From positions 128,001-192,000 of the forward strand of contig CAWHAZ010000004.1 in assembly GCA_963827475.1 (NCBI GenBank): a stretch of 64,000 nucleotides of DNA, given 5' to 3'. A program made the translations under genes and the position numbers. Below, piece by piece: positions 1-9,763 of the stretch. How positions within the stretch are numbered: the first letter of the stretch is position 1; every line of letters starts with the position of its first letter. A model generated the notes under the pieces. That model was not told the DNA's origin and did no database searches. It saw only the letters and a program-made list of their open reading frames with translations. The stretch is from an uncultured Chloroflexia bacterium (GTDB taxonomy: Bacteria > Chloroflexota > Limnocylindria > QHBO01).

Positions 1-210
1 TTCGCGCGGGGCGGCGTCCTCGTCTCGAACATGCTGTGGTGGTTCGACGTCAAGGTCATCGACGGGTTCGTCAACGGCACGGGCTCGGTAGCGGAGTGGA
101 TCGGCGGGATCCTCCGCCGCCTCCAGACCGGGCGGGTCCAGAACTACGGGCTGGGCATCGCGGCCGGCCTGGTGATCGTCCTGCTGGTCTACGCCACGGT
201 GGTCCGCTGA
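1..210 (+). CDS. nuoL: NADH-quinone oxidoreductase subunit L, C-terminal end (partial)
   Basis: Frame 1 reads FDVKVIDGFVNG...LRRLQTGRVQNY...TGA, the typical NuoL C-terminus; stop overlaps nuoM ATG. Confidence 0.9.
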   Translation, partial: FARGGVLVSNMLWWFDVKVIDGFVNGTGSVAEWIGGILRRLQTGRVQNYGLGIAAGLVIVLLVYATVVR

Positions 211-1751
211 TGAGCGGCATCGACACCAGCGGCTTGCCCGTGCTGTCGCTGATCGTGTTCACCCCGCTCATCGGGGTCGCAGCGCTGCTGCTGATCCCCG
301 GGCGGCGCCATCGGCTGATCCGCTGGGTGGCCCTCCTGGCGGCCCTCGCCAGCCTCGGCTTCAGCCTGCTCCTGCTCGGCTACGACCCGGCTGGTCCGGA
401 GTTCCAGTTCCGCGAGGACATCCCGTGGATCGACGCCTTTGGCATCCGCTACACGCTCGGGGTGGACGGGATGAGCGCGGTCCTGATCCTGCTCACCACC
501 GTCCTGAGCGTGGTCGCGATCCTCTACTCCTGGGACCCCATCCAGAACCGGATCAAGGAGTACTACGCCGCGATGCTGCTCCTGATGACCGGCATGCTCG
601 GCGTGTTCGTCGCCCTCGACCTGTTCGTGTTCTACGTCTTCTGGGAGCTGAGCCTGATCCCGATGTACCTGGTCATCGGGATCTGGGGTGGGCCGAACCG
701 GATCTACGCCACGGTCAAGTTCGTCATCTACACCCTGGTCGGCTCGCTGCTCATGCTGGTGGCCATCCTGGCCGTGGTCATCGCCCACGCCAACCTCGCG
801 GGCGGGACGTTCACGTTCAGCTACGAGGCCCTGCGGGGCGTGCCGTACCCCGACCTCCTGCAGGCCGCGGCGTTCATCGCATTCGGCCTGGCGTTCGCCA
901 TCAAGGTCCCCATGTGGCCGTTCCACACCTGGCTGCCCGATGCCCACGTCGAGGCGCCGACCGCCGGCTCGATCATCCTGGCCGGCGTCCTGCTCAAGCT
1001 CGGCGGCTACGGCTTCCTGCGGTTCTCCATCCCCCTGCTGCCCGACGCGGCCGCCAGCTTCGCGCCGATCATGATCGGCCTGGCGCTGATTGCGATCCTG
1101 TATGGGGCGCTGGTGGCCATGGTCCAGCCCGACCTCAAGAAGCTCATCGCCTACTCGAGCGTGTCGCACATGGGCTTCGTCATCCTCGGGGCGTTCGTCT
1201 TCAACCAGCAGGGGATGCAGGGGGCCATCTTCCAGATGGTCAGCCACGGGATCACGACCGGGGCCCTGTTCCTCCTGGTCGGGGTGATCTACGAGCGCAC
1301 CCACGATCGGATGATCGCCCACATGGGCGGGCTGAACGCCCGCCTGCCGGCCTACGCCGCCCTGTTCGGGCTGTTCACCTTCGCGTCCATCGGCTTGCCG
1401 GGGCTGGCCGGGTTCGTGGGCGAGTTCCTCGTCATGCTGGGAGCGTTCCAGTACTCGGGCTGGGTCGCGGCCTGGGCGATGCTGGTGGTCATCGCCAGTG
1501 CGGTCTACATGCTCTGGATGTTCCAGCGGGCGTTCTTCGCCGTCCCGTCGGACTGGATGCGACGGGCATGGAACGGCCTCCACGACCTGACCCGGATCGA
1601 GTGGCTGTCGCTCGCCCCGCTGGTCATCCTGGTCGTCGCCCTCGGCGTCTTCCCGATGCCGGTGCTGGAGGCCACCGCCGCCCCGGTGGAGCGGATACTC
1701 GACGTGGTGCAGTCGGCCGGCGGCCTGGACGCGGTGGCCTGGCCATGGTGA
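210..1751 (+). CDS. nuoM: NADH-quinone oxidoreductase subunit M
   Basis: GVDG, FWE, KVPMWPFHTWLPDAHVEAP, LLKLGGYG, AYSSVSHMG motifs; ATG at 210 (TGATG overlap). Confidence 0.96.
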   Translation: MSGIDTSGLPVLSLIVFTPLIGVAALLLIPGRRHRLIRWVALLAALASLGFSLLLLGYDPAGPEFQFREDIPWIDAFGIRYTLGVDGMSAVLILLTTVLSVVAILYSWDPIQNRIKEYYAAMLLLMTGMLGVFVALDLFVFYVFWELSLIPMYLVIGIWGGPNRIYATVKFVIYTLVGSLLMLVAILAVVIAHANLAGGTFTFSYEALRGVPYPDLLQAAAFIAFGLAFAIKVPMWPFHTWLPDAHVEAPTAGSIILAGVLLKLGGYGFLRFSIPLLPDAAASFAPIMIGLALIAILYGALVAMVQPDLKKLIAYSSVSHMGFVILGAFVFNQQGMQGAIFQMVSHGITTGALFLLVGVIYERTHDRMIAHMGGLNARLPAYAALFGLFTFASIGLPGLAGFVGEFLVMLGAFQYSGWVAAWAMLVVIASAVYMLWMFQRAFFAVPSDWMRRAWNGLHDLTRIEWLSLAPLVILVVALGVFPMPVLEATAAPVERILDVVQSAGGLDAVAWPW

Positions 1752-1779
1752 ACGCGAACCGGACCGATGAGATGAACCG

Positions 1780-3261
1780 ATGAACGACCCGGCGAACCTG
1801 TTCCCGCTGCTCCCCGAGCTGGCGCTCGCCATCTCGATCCTGGTCGTCATCACCGTCGACCTGTTCCTGCCCCGCGAGCGGAAGTGGCTGCTGACCCCCA
1901 TCACCGCCCTCGGCCTGCTCGCCACTGCGGCCGCCATCGGGGTTGTGTGGAGCTCCCCTCCGGGCGCGGCCCTGGCCGGGATCTACACCGTCGACGAGCT
2001 TGCCCTGGTGCTCAAGCTGGCCGCGGTTGGCATCGGTCTGTTGTCCACCCTCTTCTCGCCGGGGTACCTCGTCGTCCGCCGCCTGCCCCTGGGCGAGTTC
2101 AACGCGATCCTCCTGTTCTCGACCCTCGGCATCTTCGTTCTGGCCAGCAGCGCGGACCTCATCACCCTGTTCCTCGGCCTGGAGCTGATGGTCATGCCGG
2201 CGTACCTCCTGGCCGCGTTCCACAAGACCGATCGGTTCAGCAACGAGGGCGGGTTGAAGTACTTCCTCCTCGGCTCGTTCGCCAGCGCCATCCTCCTGTT
2301 CGGGGTGGCGTGGACCTACGGCCTGACCGGGACGACCATCTTCAGCGAGATCGCGGAGGTCTTCGCCGGCGGCCTGATGAACGGGGCTGTGCTGGTGGCC
2401 CTCGCCTTCCTGACCGTGGGCGCGACCTTCAAGGTGGCCGCCGTCCCATTCCACTTCTGGACGCCGGACGCCTACCAGGGCGCCCCGACGCCGATCACCG
2501 GCTTCCTGTCTGTCGGCCCCAAGCTCGGCGCCTTTGCGCTGCTCCTCCGCCTGTTCGGCGAGGCGCTCGGCCCGCTTCGCGCCGACTGGCTCGACGTGTT
2601 CGTGATCCTGGCCGTGGTGACCATGACCTTCGGCAACGTCGTGGCCCTGACCCAGACCAACGTCAAGCGGATGCTCGCCTACTCGTCGATCGCCCACACC
2701 GGGTACATCCTGGCCGGGCTGGCCGCCTACGCGGCCGCGCCCACCGAGGCGATCGCGGTGCAGGCCGTGGAAGCGGTGGTCTTCTACCTGGTCGGCTACT
2801 CGGTCATGAACATCGCCGCCTTCGCTGTGGTCGGCATGCTCCAGCGTGACGTCCGCCGCTATGGTGGGCTGGCCTCGTTCGCCGGCCTCGCCTCCCGGCA
2901 GCCGGCCCTGGCCGCGGCCATGACCATCCTGCTCCTGTCACTGACCGGCATCCCGCCGACCGTCGGGTTCTTCGCCAAGCTCTACATCCTGCTGGCCACG
3001 GTCGATTCGGGGCTGGTGTGGCTGGCGATCGCCATCGCCCTCAACGCAGCCCTCGCCGCGTTCTACTACCTGCGGGTGGTGGTCTACATGTACATGCGCG
3101 ACCCGGAGGCGGAGCCGGCGGAAGTCGAGCGGTCCGGGGTCGGACGGCTGGCCCTCGTCCTGAGCGTGGCCGGCGTGATCCTGCTCGGCATCTTCCCCGG
3201 CTTCCTGCTCGGCTGGCTGCCGACCGAGTGGCTGACCGTGGGCCAGGGCATGCTCCGTTGA
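1780..3261 (+). CDS. nuoN: NADH-quinone oxidoreductase subunit N
   Basis: EGGLKYF, FKVAAVPFHFWTPDAYQGAP, KRMLAYSSIAH, GIPPTVGFFAK motifs. Confidence 0.96.
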   Translation: MNDPANLFPLLPELALAISILVVITVDLFLPRERKWLLTPITALGLLATAAAIGVVWSSPPGAALAGIYTVDELALVLKLAAVGIGLLSTLFSPGYLVVRRLPLGEFNAILLFSTLGIFVLASSADLITLFLGLELMVMPAYLLAAFHKTDRFSNEGGLKYFLLGSFASAILLFGVAWTYGLTGTTIFSEIAEVFAGGLMNGAVLVALAFLTVGATFKVAAVPFHFWTPDAYQGAPTPITGFLSVGPKLGAFALLLRLFGEALGPLRADWLDVFVILAVVTMTFGNVVALTQTNVKRMLAYSSIAHTGYILAGLAAYAAAPTEAIAVQAVEAVVFYLVGYSVMNIAAFAVVGMLQRDVRRYGGLASFAGLASRQPALAAAMTILLLSLTGIPPTVGFFAKLYILLATVDSGLVWLAIAIALNAALAAFYYLRVVVYMYMRDPEAEPAEVERSGVGRLALVLSVAGVILLGIFPGFLLGWLPTEWLTVGQGMLR

Positions 3262-3271
3262 GGCCGCTGCG

Positions 3272-3968
3272 CTGAACGCCCGTCGATCCCGGGGGCTGGC
3301 GCTCCCACTGACCCTTGCCGTGCTGGGCGTCGCGCTCATCCTCGTCGGCCAGCTGCCGCTGGATGAGCCCCCGACGCCCAGCCTGCCGCCGATCCCCACC
3401 CCGGTGGCGGCCACGGCGACACCATCCCCCGAGTCCGTCGGTCGCGTCGTCCGAGACCCCGGCGCCGACCCCCGTGCCGACGCCGATCCCGGCCGACTGG
3501 GTCGCCACCCAGCTCCAGGTCGATTCGGTGGGCATCAACGTCGCCATTCAGCGGATCCCGGCCGGCCAGCCGCTGGGGACATGCTGCGCGTTCCTCCTGC
3601 CGAACACCTCCGACCCGGGGCGCGGGACGAACTCGTACATCGCCGGCCACGCGCTGTTGCCCCTGCTCAAGGGCCTGTGGAACGTCCAGCTGGGCGCGGA
3701 GATCCGGGTCCTGATGTCGGACGGGGCGGTCCTGCGCTACGCGGTGTCCGAGATTCGGCCGAACGTGTCCTGCCCCGACCCCAACGCCCCGCCGATGACC
3801 GTCACCCCGCCCCTCGCGCTCCAGTACGCCCCACCGGGCTGCATCGAGGGGGCCCGCTGGACGGCGCCCACCGACCACGAGCAGCTGACCCTGCAGACCT
3901 CCCAGGGCTTCAACCGCAACTGGGGCGAGCTGATCGTCATCGCCCTGCCGATCCCGGAGCCGAGCTAG
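3272..3968 (+). CDS. Membrane-anchored sortase-like protein with atypical active site; one apparent +1 frameshift near 3428
   Basis: N-terminal basic + hydrophobic anchor (frame of ORF 3320, possible CTG start 3272), Pro/Thr linker, then frame of ORF 3315 with PGRGTNSYIAGH, GAEIRV, LRYAVSEI and LTLQTS sortase-like motifs. Confidence 0.7.
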
Positions 3969-4657
3969 AGGTCGCGGCGGGCAAACCGACGGGCGGCCCA
4001 CAGCCAGGCGAGCGCAGCAAGGGCCAGGCACAGACCGATGGACTGCAGCCCGACCGTGATCGGTCGGTCGCCGGGCACGATGCCGGCCACCAGCCAGTAA
4101 CCGCTGGCCGGGTGGATCACGGCGTCGCCGAGCAGGAAGAGGGGCACGGCCGCGACGGCCGCGGTGCCGATGATCGCGAGCGCCGTCACGCGGCCCGGAG
4201 CGCCGACCCCGATCGCCAGCGCGAGGGCGGTCAGCGGGATGGTCGGGGCGGCCGAGGCGACGACCCCGATGGCCTGGGTCAACGGGTCCGGTGGCTGGGC
4301 CAGCGGTGGCTCGATGGCGAGGCCCGCCAGGATGCCCGCGAGCCCGTACGCCACCAGCACCGCCAGGCTCGGCGCCACCAGCCACGCGCCGATGAGCGCG
4401 GTGCGCGGGATGGCGCGAACCACGAGCCATGCCGCGGCGCCGGAGCGGATCTCCTCGGTGAACCCGGTTCCGACCAGGACGGCGCACACCACGGCGGCCA
4501 CCGCGAACCCGATGGCAAGGCTCACCCGACCCGGCTCCGACCCGCGCTGGCCGTCGACGATCACCGCCGCGATGGCGGCCAGGACCGGGATGCTCAGCAG
4601 GCCGAGGAGCCGGAGCTGGATCCACAGCTGGCGGATGACGTGGACGCCGAGGATCAT
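3965..4657 (-). CDS. ABC transporter permease-like membrane protein
   Basis: About 6 hydrophobic segments, EIRSGAAAWLVVRAIPR loop typical of ABC-2-type permeases; ATG overlaps upstream ATPase stop. Confidence 0.7.
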   Translation of the reverse strand: MILGVHVIRQLWIQLRLLGLLSIPVLAAIAAVIVDGQRGSEPGRVSLAIGFAVAAVVCAVLVGTGFTEEIRSGAAAWLVVRAIPRTALIGAWLVAPSLAVLVAYGLAGILAGLAIEPPLAQPPDPLTQAIGVVASAAPTIPLTALALAIGVGAPGRVTALAIIGTAAVAAVPLFLLGDAVIHPASGYWLVAGIVPGDRPITVGLQSIGLCLALAALAWLWAARRFARRDL

Positions 4658-5439
4658 TCCTGCCCCACCAGGCCCAGGTCGGCGAGGGCGGTCATGCCCC
4701 GCAGGGAGAGCGGCAGCCGCTGGGCGTCGAGCTCCTCGATCGGGGCATGGAGGGCCACGCGCCCCTCGCGGATCAGGATCACGCGGTCGACGATGCCGCC
4801 CTCCTGCGCCGGGAACCGGCTGGCGATGAGCACCGTCCGGCGTTCCCCGGGAATCCGCAGCAGCCGCAGCCGGTCCGGCGGCGGGTGCGCGCGGAGCGGC
4901 TCGTCGAGCAGCAGGACCTCCGGATCGGGCAGGAGGGCGGCGGCCAGGGCCGTCCGCTCGGCGATGTTCCGGCCGGCATGGCGCAGCGGCCGATCGCGGA
5001 TCGCCCCCAGCTGGAAGCTCTGCAGCGACGTGTCGATGAGGCGCTGGCGCTGCGGCCCGTCGATGCCGGCCAGCCGCGCGGCCAGCTCCAGGCTCTCGGC
5101 CGGCGTCATCCACAGCGGGATGCCCGGGTCGGAGCCCACGAAGCCGATGCGCCGTGCCCAGCCCTCCGGCGTCGACGCCTCCCGCATCAGTCCGGCGAGG
5201 ACGACGGTGCCCCGATCGGCGCGGGCAAGGCCGGCCATGATCCGGAGCAGGAGCGACGGGGCGCTCGGGTTCAGCCCCGCCACCAGGACGCGCGCGCCGG
5301 CCGGGATCGCGAGGTCCACGCCGTCGAGCAGCGGCTCCGCTCCGATGGTGCGGGCAAGGCCGGTGATCTCGATCGCCACCGGGCGCAGGCGCCGGGCGGC
5401 CGGCGAGGACCACAGCGCATCGGGGGTCGAGATCGGCAT
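4654..5439 (-). CDS. ABC ATP-binding-like protein with degenerate Walker A, signature and H-loop
   Basis: LLDGVDL, LLLDEP Walker B intact; Walker A reads GLNPSAPS. Confidence 0.8.
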   Translation of the reverse strand: MPISTPDALWSSPAARRLRPVAIEITGLARTIGAEPLLDGVDLAIPAGARVLVAGLNPSAPSLLLRIMAGLARADRGTVVLAGLMREASTPEGWARRIGFVGSDPGIPLWMTPAESLELAARLAGIDGPQRQRLIDTSLQSFQLGAIRDRPLRHAGRNIAERTALAAALLPDPEVLLLDEPLRAHPPPDRLRLLRIPGERRTVLIASRFPAQEGGIVDRVILIREGRVALHAPIEELDAQRLPLSLRGMTALADLGLVGQE

Positions 5440-5481
5440 CGGACGCGACTCTACCGCGTCGGATGCACGACGAACGACCTC

Positions 5482-5510
5482 TTGACATCCCCCACCGTTC
5501 TCAATAGGAT
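5482..5510 (+). promoter_or_regulatory. Housekeeping-sigma promoter for the arsR-pgsA-ino1 operon
   Basis: TTGACA (5482-5487), 17 nt, TAGGAT (5505-5510). Confidence 0.8.
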
Positions 5511-5517
5511 AAACGCT

Positions 5518-5531
5518 CCCTTATATAAGGG
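5518..5531. promoter_or_regulatory. Palindromic operator, probably bound by the adjacent ArsR regulator
   Basis: Perfect 14-bp AT-rich palindrome CCCTTATATAAGGG at the predicted transcription start. Confidence 0.6.
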
Positions 5532-5569
5532 TTCCTTTCAGCGTTCCGATTGGAGATCCGCTCCAGGCC

Positions 5570-5935
5570 ATGACCATCCAGCCGCCCGACTCCGTCGCCG
5601 CCCGCGACCTTCGCCTCCTGCGCGACCTGTACCGCGCGCTGGCTGACCCCACCCGCCTGCGCGTCTGCGCCATCCTCGGCGAGTCGGGACCGCTCCCCGT
5701 GAACGAGCTGTCATCTCGCGTTGGTCTGTCGCAGCCGCTCATGAGCTGGCACCTCCGCATCCTGCGCACCGCCGGCCTGATCGAGACCCGCCCGCACGGC
5801 CGGGCGAAGCTGTGCGCGCTGCGACCGTCGGCCTTCGACGCCCTGGCCGCCGCCCAGCGTCGGCTCGTCGCCGGAGAGCTGCGCGTCGCGGCCGCGGCCG
5901 GCCTCGACTCCGGAGGGCTCCTCGGTGTCCGCTGA
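5570..5935 (+). CDS. ArsR/SmtB-family transcriptional regulator
   Basis: [11 protein letters not shown]...VNEL...[19 protein letters not shown] winged HTH. Confidence 0.9.
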   Translation: MTIQPPDSVAARDLRLLRDLYRALADPTRLRVCAILGESGPLPVNELSSRVGLSQPLMSWHLRILRTAGLIETRPHGRAKLCALRPSAFDALAAAQRRLVAGELRVAAAAGLDSGGLLGVR

Positions 5936-6597
5936 CCCCACGCCGCGCGGAGACTCGATCCTCTCCGCCCGCCTGAAGGCCGGCGGGCGTGCCGCCCTGG
6001 CTCCGCTCATCAACGTCCTGGCCGCGGCCGGCGTGACCCCGAACCAGGTCACCGTGTTCGGGCTCGTCCTGGTCATCGTTGCCTCGATCCTGATCTGGCA
6101 GCACGCGCTCCTGCTGGGCGCCGTCATCCTCGCCGTCGGCGCCGCGCTCGACGCGGTGGACGGCGGCCTGGCCCGGGCCCAGGGCGGCGGCACGCCGTTC
6201 GGGGGCTTCCTCGACAGCACGCTGGACCGGACCGGAGAAGCGGTCGTGTACGTCGGCATCGTTGCCTACTGGCTCGACGCCACGCTCGACCCCTTCGCCC
6301 CGGTGATGCTCGCGGTGCTGGCCCTCAGCGGCTCGTTCCTGGTCAGCTACTCGAGCGCGCGAGCCGAGGCGGCCGGTTTCACGGCCTCCAACGGCCTCGC
6401 GCCCCGCACCGAGCGCCTCGTCATCCTCGTCGTCGGCCTGGCCATCGCCGGGCTCTACCACGTCGCACTTCCCATCGCGATGGCGATCATCGCGCATCCT
6501 CGCCTGGGCGACGGTCGCCCAGCGCATCTGGTTCGTTCGCAAGCAGGCGGCCGCAGCCGCCGAGCCCACCCCCATCGGTCAAGACAAGGAGATCTGA
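5925..6597 (+). CDS. pgsA: CDP-alcohol phosphatidyltransferase, phosphatidylinositol-phosphate synthase-like; apparent +1 frameshift near 6494
   Basis: [15 protein letters not shown]...[23 protein letters not shown]; expected C-terminus [10 protein letters not shown]...TGA 6595-6597 lies in the +1 frame. Confidence 0.85.
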
Positions 6598-6602
6598 ACA
6601 TC

Positions 6603-7835
6603 GTGGCCACCACCAAGATTCCCGCCACCAAGGTGACGACCGCCAAGGTCGCCACCAACGGTCGCAACGGCAAGCGGCGCTCGGACGGCAAGGTCCGGGT
6701 CGCGCTGGTCGGCATCGGCAACTGCGCCTCGAGCCTGGTCCAGGGGCGCTACTACTACGAGAACGCCCGACCCGGAGATGACATCCCGGGCCTCATGCAC
6801 GTCGACCTCGGCGGGTATCACGTCCGCGACATCGAGTTCGTGGCCGCCTTCGACGTGGACAAGAACAAGGTCGGCAAGGACCTGTCGGAGGCGATCTACG
6901 CCGCCCCGAACAACACCTTTGTCTTCCACCAGGTGCCCAACATCGGGGTGACCGTCGAGCGCGGCATGACCCTCGACGGGCTGGGCAAGTACCTGTCCGA
7001 GATCATCGAGAAGGCCCCGGGCGAGACCGCCGACGTCGTCGGCATCCTGAAGGAGCGCGACGTCGACGTCATGGTCTCGTACCTGCCGGTGGGCAGCGAG
7101 TACGCGACCAAGTGGTACGCCGAGCAGGCGCTGGAGGCGGGCGTCGCGTTCGTCAACGCGATCCCGGTGTTCATCGGTCGCGAGCCCTACTGGCAGCGGC
7201 GGTTCGCCGAGGCCGGGGTGCCGGTCATCGGTGACGACATCAAGTCCCAGGTGGGAGCGACCATCACCCACCGCGTCCTGACCCGCCTGTTCATGGACCG
7301 CGGCGTCCAGGTCGACCGCACCTACCAGCTGAACTTCGGGGGCAACACCGACTTCCTGAACATGCTCGAGCGCGAGCGACTGGAGTCGAAGAAGATCAGC
7401 AAGACGAACGCGGTGACCTCCATGCTCGACTACGAGCTGGGGCCGGACGACGTGCATGTCGGACCGTCGGACTACGTGCCGTGGCTGAAGGACCGCAAGT
7501 GGTGCCACATCCGGATGGAGGGCACGACGTTCGGTGACGTGCCGCTCAATCTCGAGCTCAAGCTCGAGGTCTGGGACTCGCCGAACAGCGCCGGCGTCAT
7601 CACCGATGCCATCCGCTGCGCCAAGCTCGGCCTCGACCGCGGCCTGGCCGGCACCCTCGTCGCGCCGTCCTCGTACTTCATGAAGTCCCCGCCGCTCCAG
7701 ATCCACGACGACGTGGCTCGGGAGCGGGTGGAGGCGTTCATCCGTGGCGAGGACAACGAGACGCTGGTCGGGACCGAGGCGCCGAAGCCGCGATCCCGGC
7801 GGGCGACCAAGGCAAAGGCGTTCGCCCGCCGCTAG
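6603..7835 (+). CDS. ino1: myo-inositol-1-phosphate synthase
   Basis: [56 protein letters not shown]; AAGGAG RBS upstream of GTG. Confidence 0.96.
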   Translation: MATTKIPATKVTTAKVATNGRNGKRRSDGKVRVALVGIGNCASSLVQGRYYYENARPGDDIPGLMHVDLGGYHVRDIEFVAAFDVDKNKVGKDLSEAIYAAPNNTFVFHQVPNIGVTVERGMTLDGLGKYLSEIIEKAPGETADVVGILKERDVDVMVSYLPVGSEYATKWYAEQALEAGVAFVNAIPVFIGREPYWQRRFAEAGVPVIGDDIKSQVGATITHRVLTRLFMDRGVQVDRTYQLNFGGNTDFLNMLERERLESKKISKTNAVTSMLDYELGPDDVHVGPSDYVPWLKDRKWCHIRMEGTTFGDVPLNLELKLEVWDSPNSAGVITDAIRCAKLGLDRGLAGTLVAPSSYFMKSPPLQIHDDVARERVEAFIRGEDNETLVGTEAPKPRSRRATKAKAFARR

Positions 7836-7844
7836 GCTGCCCGC

Positions 7845-8846
7845 GTGGCCGTCGATCGGGCCGTGTCCGGCTACTCGCGTCGCGACGCCGCCCGTGGCGG
7901 TGAGCGATGGCGTGAGCGGCTGACCTACTGGGCCTACCGCGGCGCGGAGCGGGTGCTGAGCACCCTGCCCCGCGGGGTGGTGATCCCCGGGGCGGTCGCG
8001 GTCAGCAACGGCGCCTACGACCTGTCCGGGCCCAAGGGGGCCCTGGTCCGGGCCAACATGGCCCAGGCCATGGGCCTGCCGGTGGACGACCCCCGCGTTT
8101 CGCGGGCGGCCCGGCGCGCCTTCCAGAACTTCGGCCGCTACCTGGTCGAGGTCATGCGCCTGCCGGTCCTCGATCCGGAGGAGGCGCGCCAGCGGGTCAC
8201 CTTCGTCGGCTGGGACGACCTGGCCGCGGCCCAGGGCACGGAGGGCCGGGGCGTGCTCCTGTGCGCCGTCCACACCGGCGCCGTGGACCTCCTCGCCCCG
8301 GCGATGAAGCACGAAGGCGAGACGGTGAGCGCGGTCGCGGACGACACGACCTACGGCCGCCTCTACGAGCACCTCGCCGCGGTCCGGGGCGCGCACGGCG
8401 TGGACGTCATCGGCTGGCGGAACCTGCGGCGCCTGTACAGGGTGCTTCGCGACGGGGGCAACCTCGTCCTGCTGGTCGACGGCCCCTATCGTCCCGGCGA
8501 CGTGCCGGTCGAGCTCCTCGGCGCCCCGACCACCCTCCCCGCCGGACCGGCGCTCCTGTCGGCCCGCACCGGGGCCGCCATCCTGCCGGTGGGTGTGAGG
8601 CGGGCCGACGGTGACCGGCTCGAGGCGTGGGGCTATCCCGTCATTCGCGCCGCGAGCACCGAGCCGGCCGAGGTCTACCGCGCCACGCAGGCGCTCGCCG
8701 ACGCGCTGGGCCAGGTCATCGCCGCCGATCCGGGGCAGTGGTACATGTTCCGGGCGGTCTGGCCCCGGACCGATGCCGCCCGAGCGGCGGCGGCAGCGGC
8801 TCTCGAGCGGGCACGGGCGGGCGAGGACTGGACGACAGCTCCCTGA
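7845..8846 (+). CDS. Lysophospholipid acyltransferase family, PatA/LpxL-like acyltransferase 1
   Basis: HTGAVD catalytic-type motif, LLVDG, PAGPALLS, PGQWYMF. Confidence 0.85.
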   Translation: MAVDRAVSGYSRRDAARGGERWRERLTYWAYRGAERVLSTLPRGVVIPGAVAVSNGAYDLSGPKGALVRANMAQAMGLPVDDPRVSRAARRAFQNFGRYLVEVMRLPVLDPEEARQRVTFVGWDDLAAAQGTEGRGVLLCAVHTGAVDLLAPAMKHEGETVSAVADDTTYGRLYEHLAAVRGAHGVDVIGWRNLRRLYRVLRDGGNLVLLVDGPYRPGDVPVELLGAPTTLPAGPALLSARTGAAILPVGVRRADGDRLEAWGYPVIRAASTEPAEVYRATQALADALGQVIAADPGQWYMFRAVWPRTDAARAAAAAALERARAGEDWTTAP

Positions 8847-9763
8847 TGAGCCACCGCCCTGGCGACCTGCTCCTCCGGGCGGGCCTGGAGCTGGTGGACC
8901 TGTTCTTCCGTGCCCTGCCCCAGGGCGCGGCCTATGGTCTCGCCGACCTCCTGGGAGAGGCGTGGTATCGGTTCGCCCCGGCCCGTCGCCGGCTCGTGAC
9001 CGCCCAGCTGGCTCGGGTCGCGGAGGCGGGCGGCTACGCGGTGACCCGGGCGGGCCTGCGTCGCATGGTGCGGGCGGCGTTCGTGGCCCACGCCCGCTAC
9101 TACCTCGAGGTCATCCGGGTTCCCCGCCTCGATCACCGCCGGATCGACGAGGTCCTGACCTGGGACGACGAGGCGGGAGTGGAGGACCTCGCCCGGCAGC
9201 GTGGGATCATCGCCGTGTCCGCCCACTTCGGGAACTTCGAGCCCGCCGCGGTGTGGCTGGCCAGTCGCGGACTGCGCTGGGTCGCGCCCATGGAGCGCAT
9301 CGAGCCCCGCGCCCTGTTCGAGTACCTCCTCTCGCGGCGAGGCGGACGCAGCACCGGCGGCGAGCTGGTCGTGCCGCCGGATGCGGCACGCCGGATCCTC
9401 CGTGGCCTGCGCGAGGGGGTGGTGGTGGCGATCGCCACCGACCGGGACCTCGGCAGCCCAACCGTGACGGTGACGATGTTCGGCCATCCGGCGGCGGTCC
9501 CGTCAGGGCCGGCCACGCTCGCCCTCCTGACCGGTGCGCCAGTCGTCGTCGGGACCGTGCGGCGGACCGCGCCGGGCCGGTTCGCGGCCCACGTCGAGCG
9601 CGTCGAATGGACCGCCACCGACGACCGTGAGGCCGACGTGGCCGCTCTCTGTCAGCGGATCACCGACGTCCTGTGCCGGCACATCGCCGAGGCGCCGGAG
9701 CAGTGGTGGGGCGCGTTTCAGCCGGTGTGGGCCGACCTCGCACGCGCGTCCCGGCCGGGATGA
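8846..9763 (+). CDS. Lysophospholipid acyltransferase family, PatA/LpxL-like acyltransferase 2
   Basis: AHFGNFE, ATDRDL, FGHPAAVPSGPATLA, PEQWWGAFQPVW; TGATG coupling. Confidence 0.88.
   Translation: MSHRPGDLLLRAGLELVDLFFRALPQGAAYGLADLLGEAWYRFAPARRRLVTAQLARVAEAGGYAVTRAGLRRMVRAAFVAHARYYLEVIRVPRLDHRRIDEVLTWDDEAGVEDLARQRGIIAVSAHFGNFEPAAVWLASRGLRWVAPMERIEPRALFEYLLSRRGGRSTGGELVVPPDAARRILRGLREGVVVAIATDRDLGSPTVTVTMFGHPAAVPSGPATLALLTGAPVVVGTVRRTAPGRFAAHVERVEWTATDDREADVAALCQRITDVLCRHIAEAPEQWWGAFQPVWADLARASRPG

Noticed and set aside
5925-7835. Apparent 636-aa PgsA-Ino1 fusion in the ORF track
   Set aside because: A +1 insertion near 6494 moves the expected PgsA C-terminus (TVAQRIW...TGA 6597) out of frame, and ino1 has its own AAGGAG RBS and GTG; most likely a sequencing artefact
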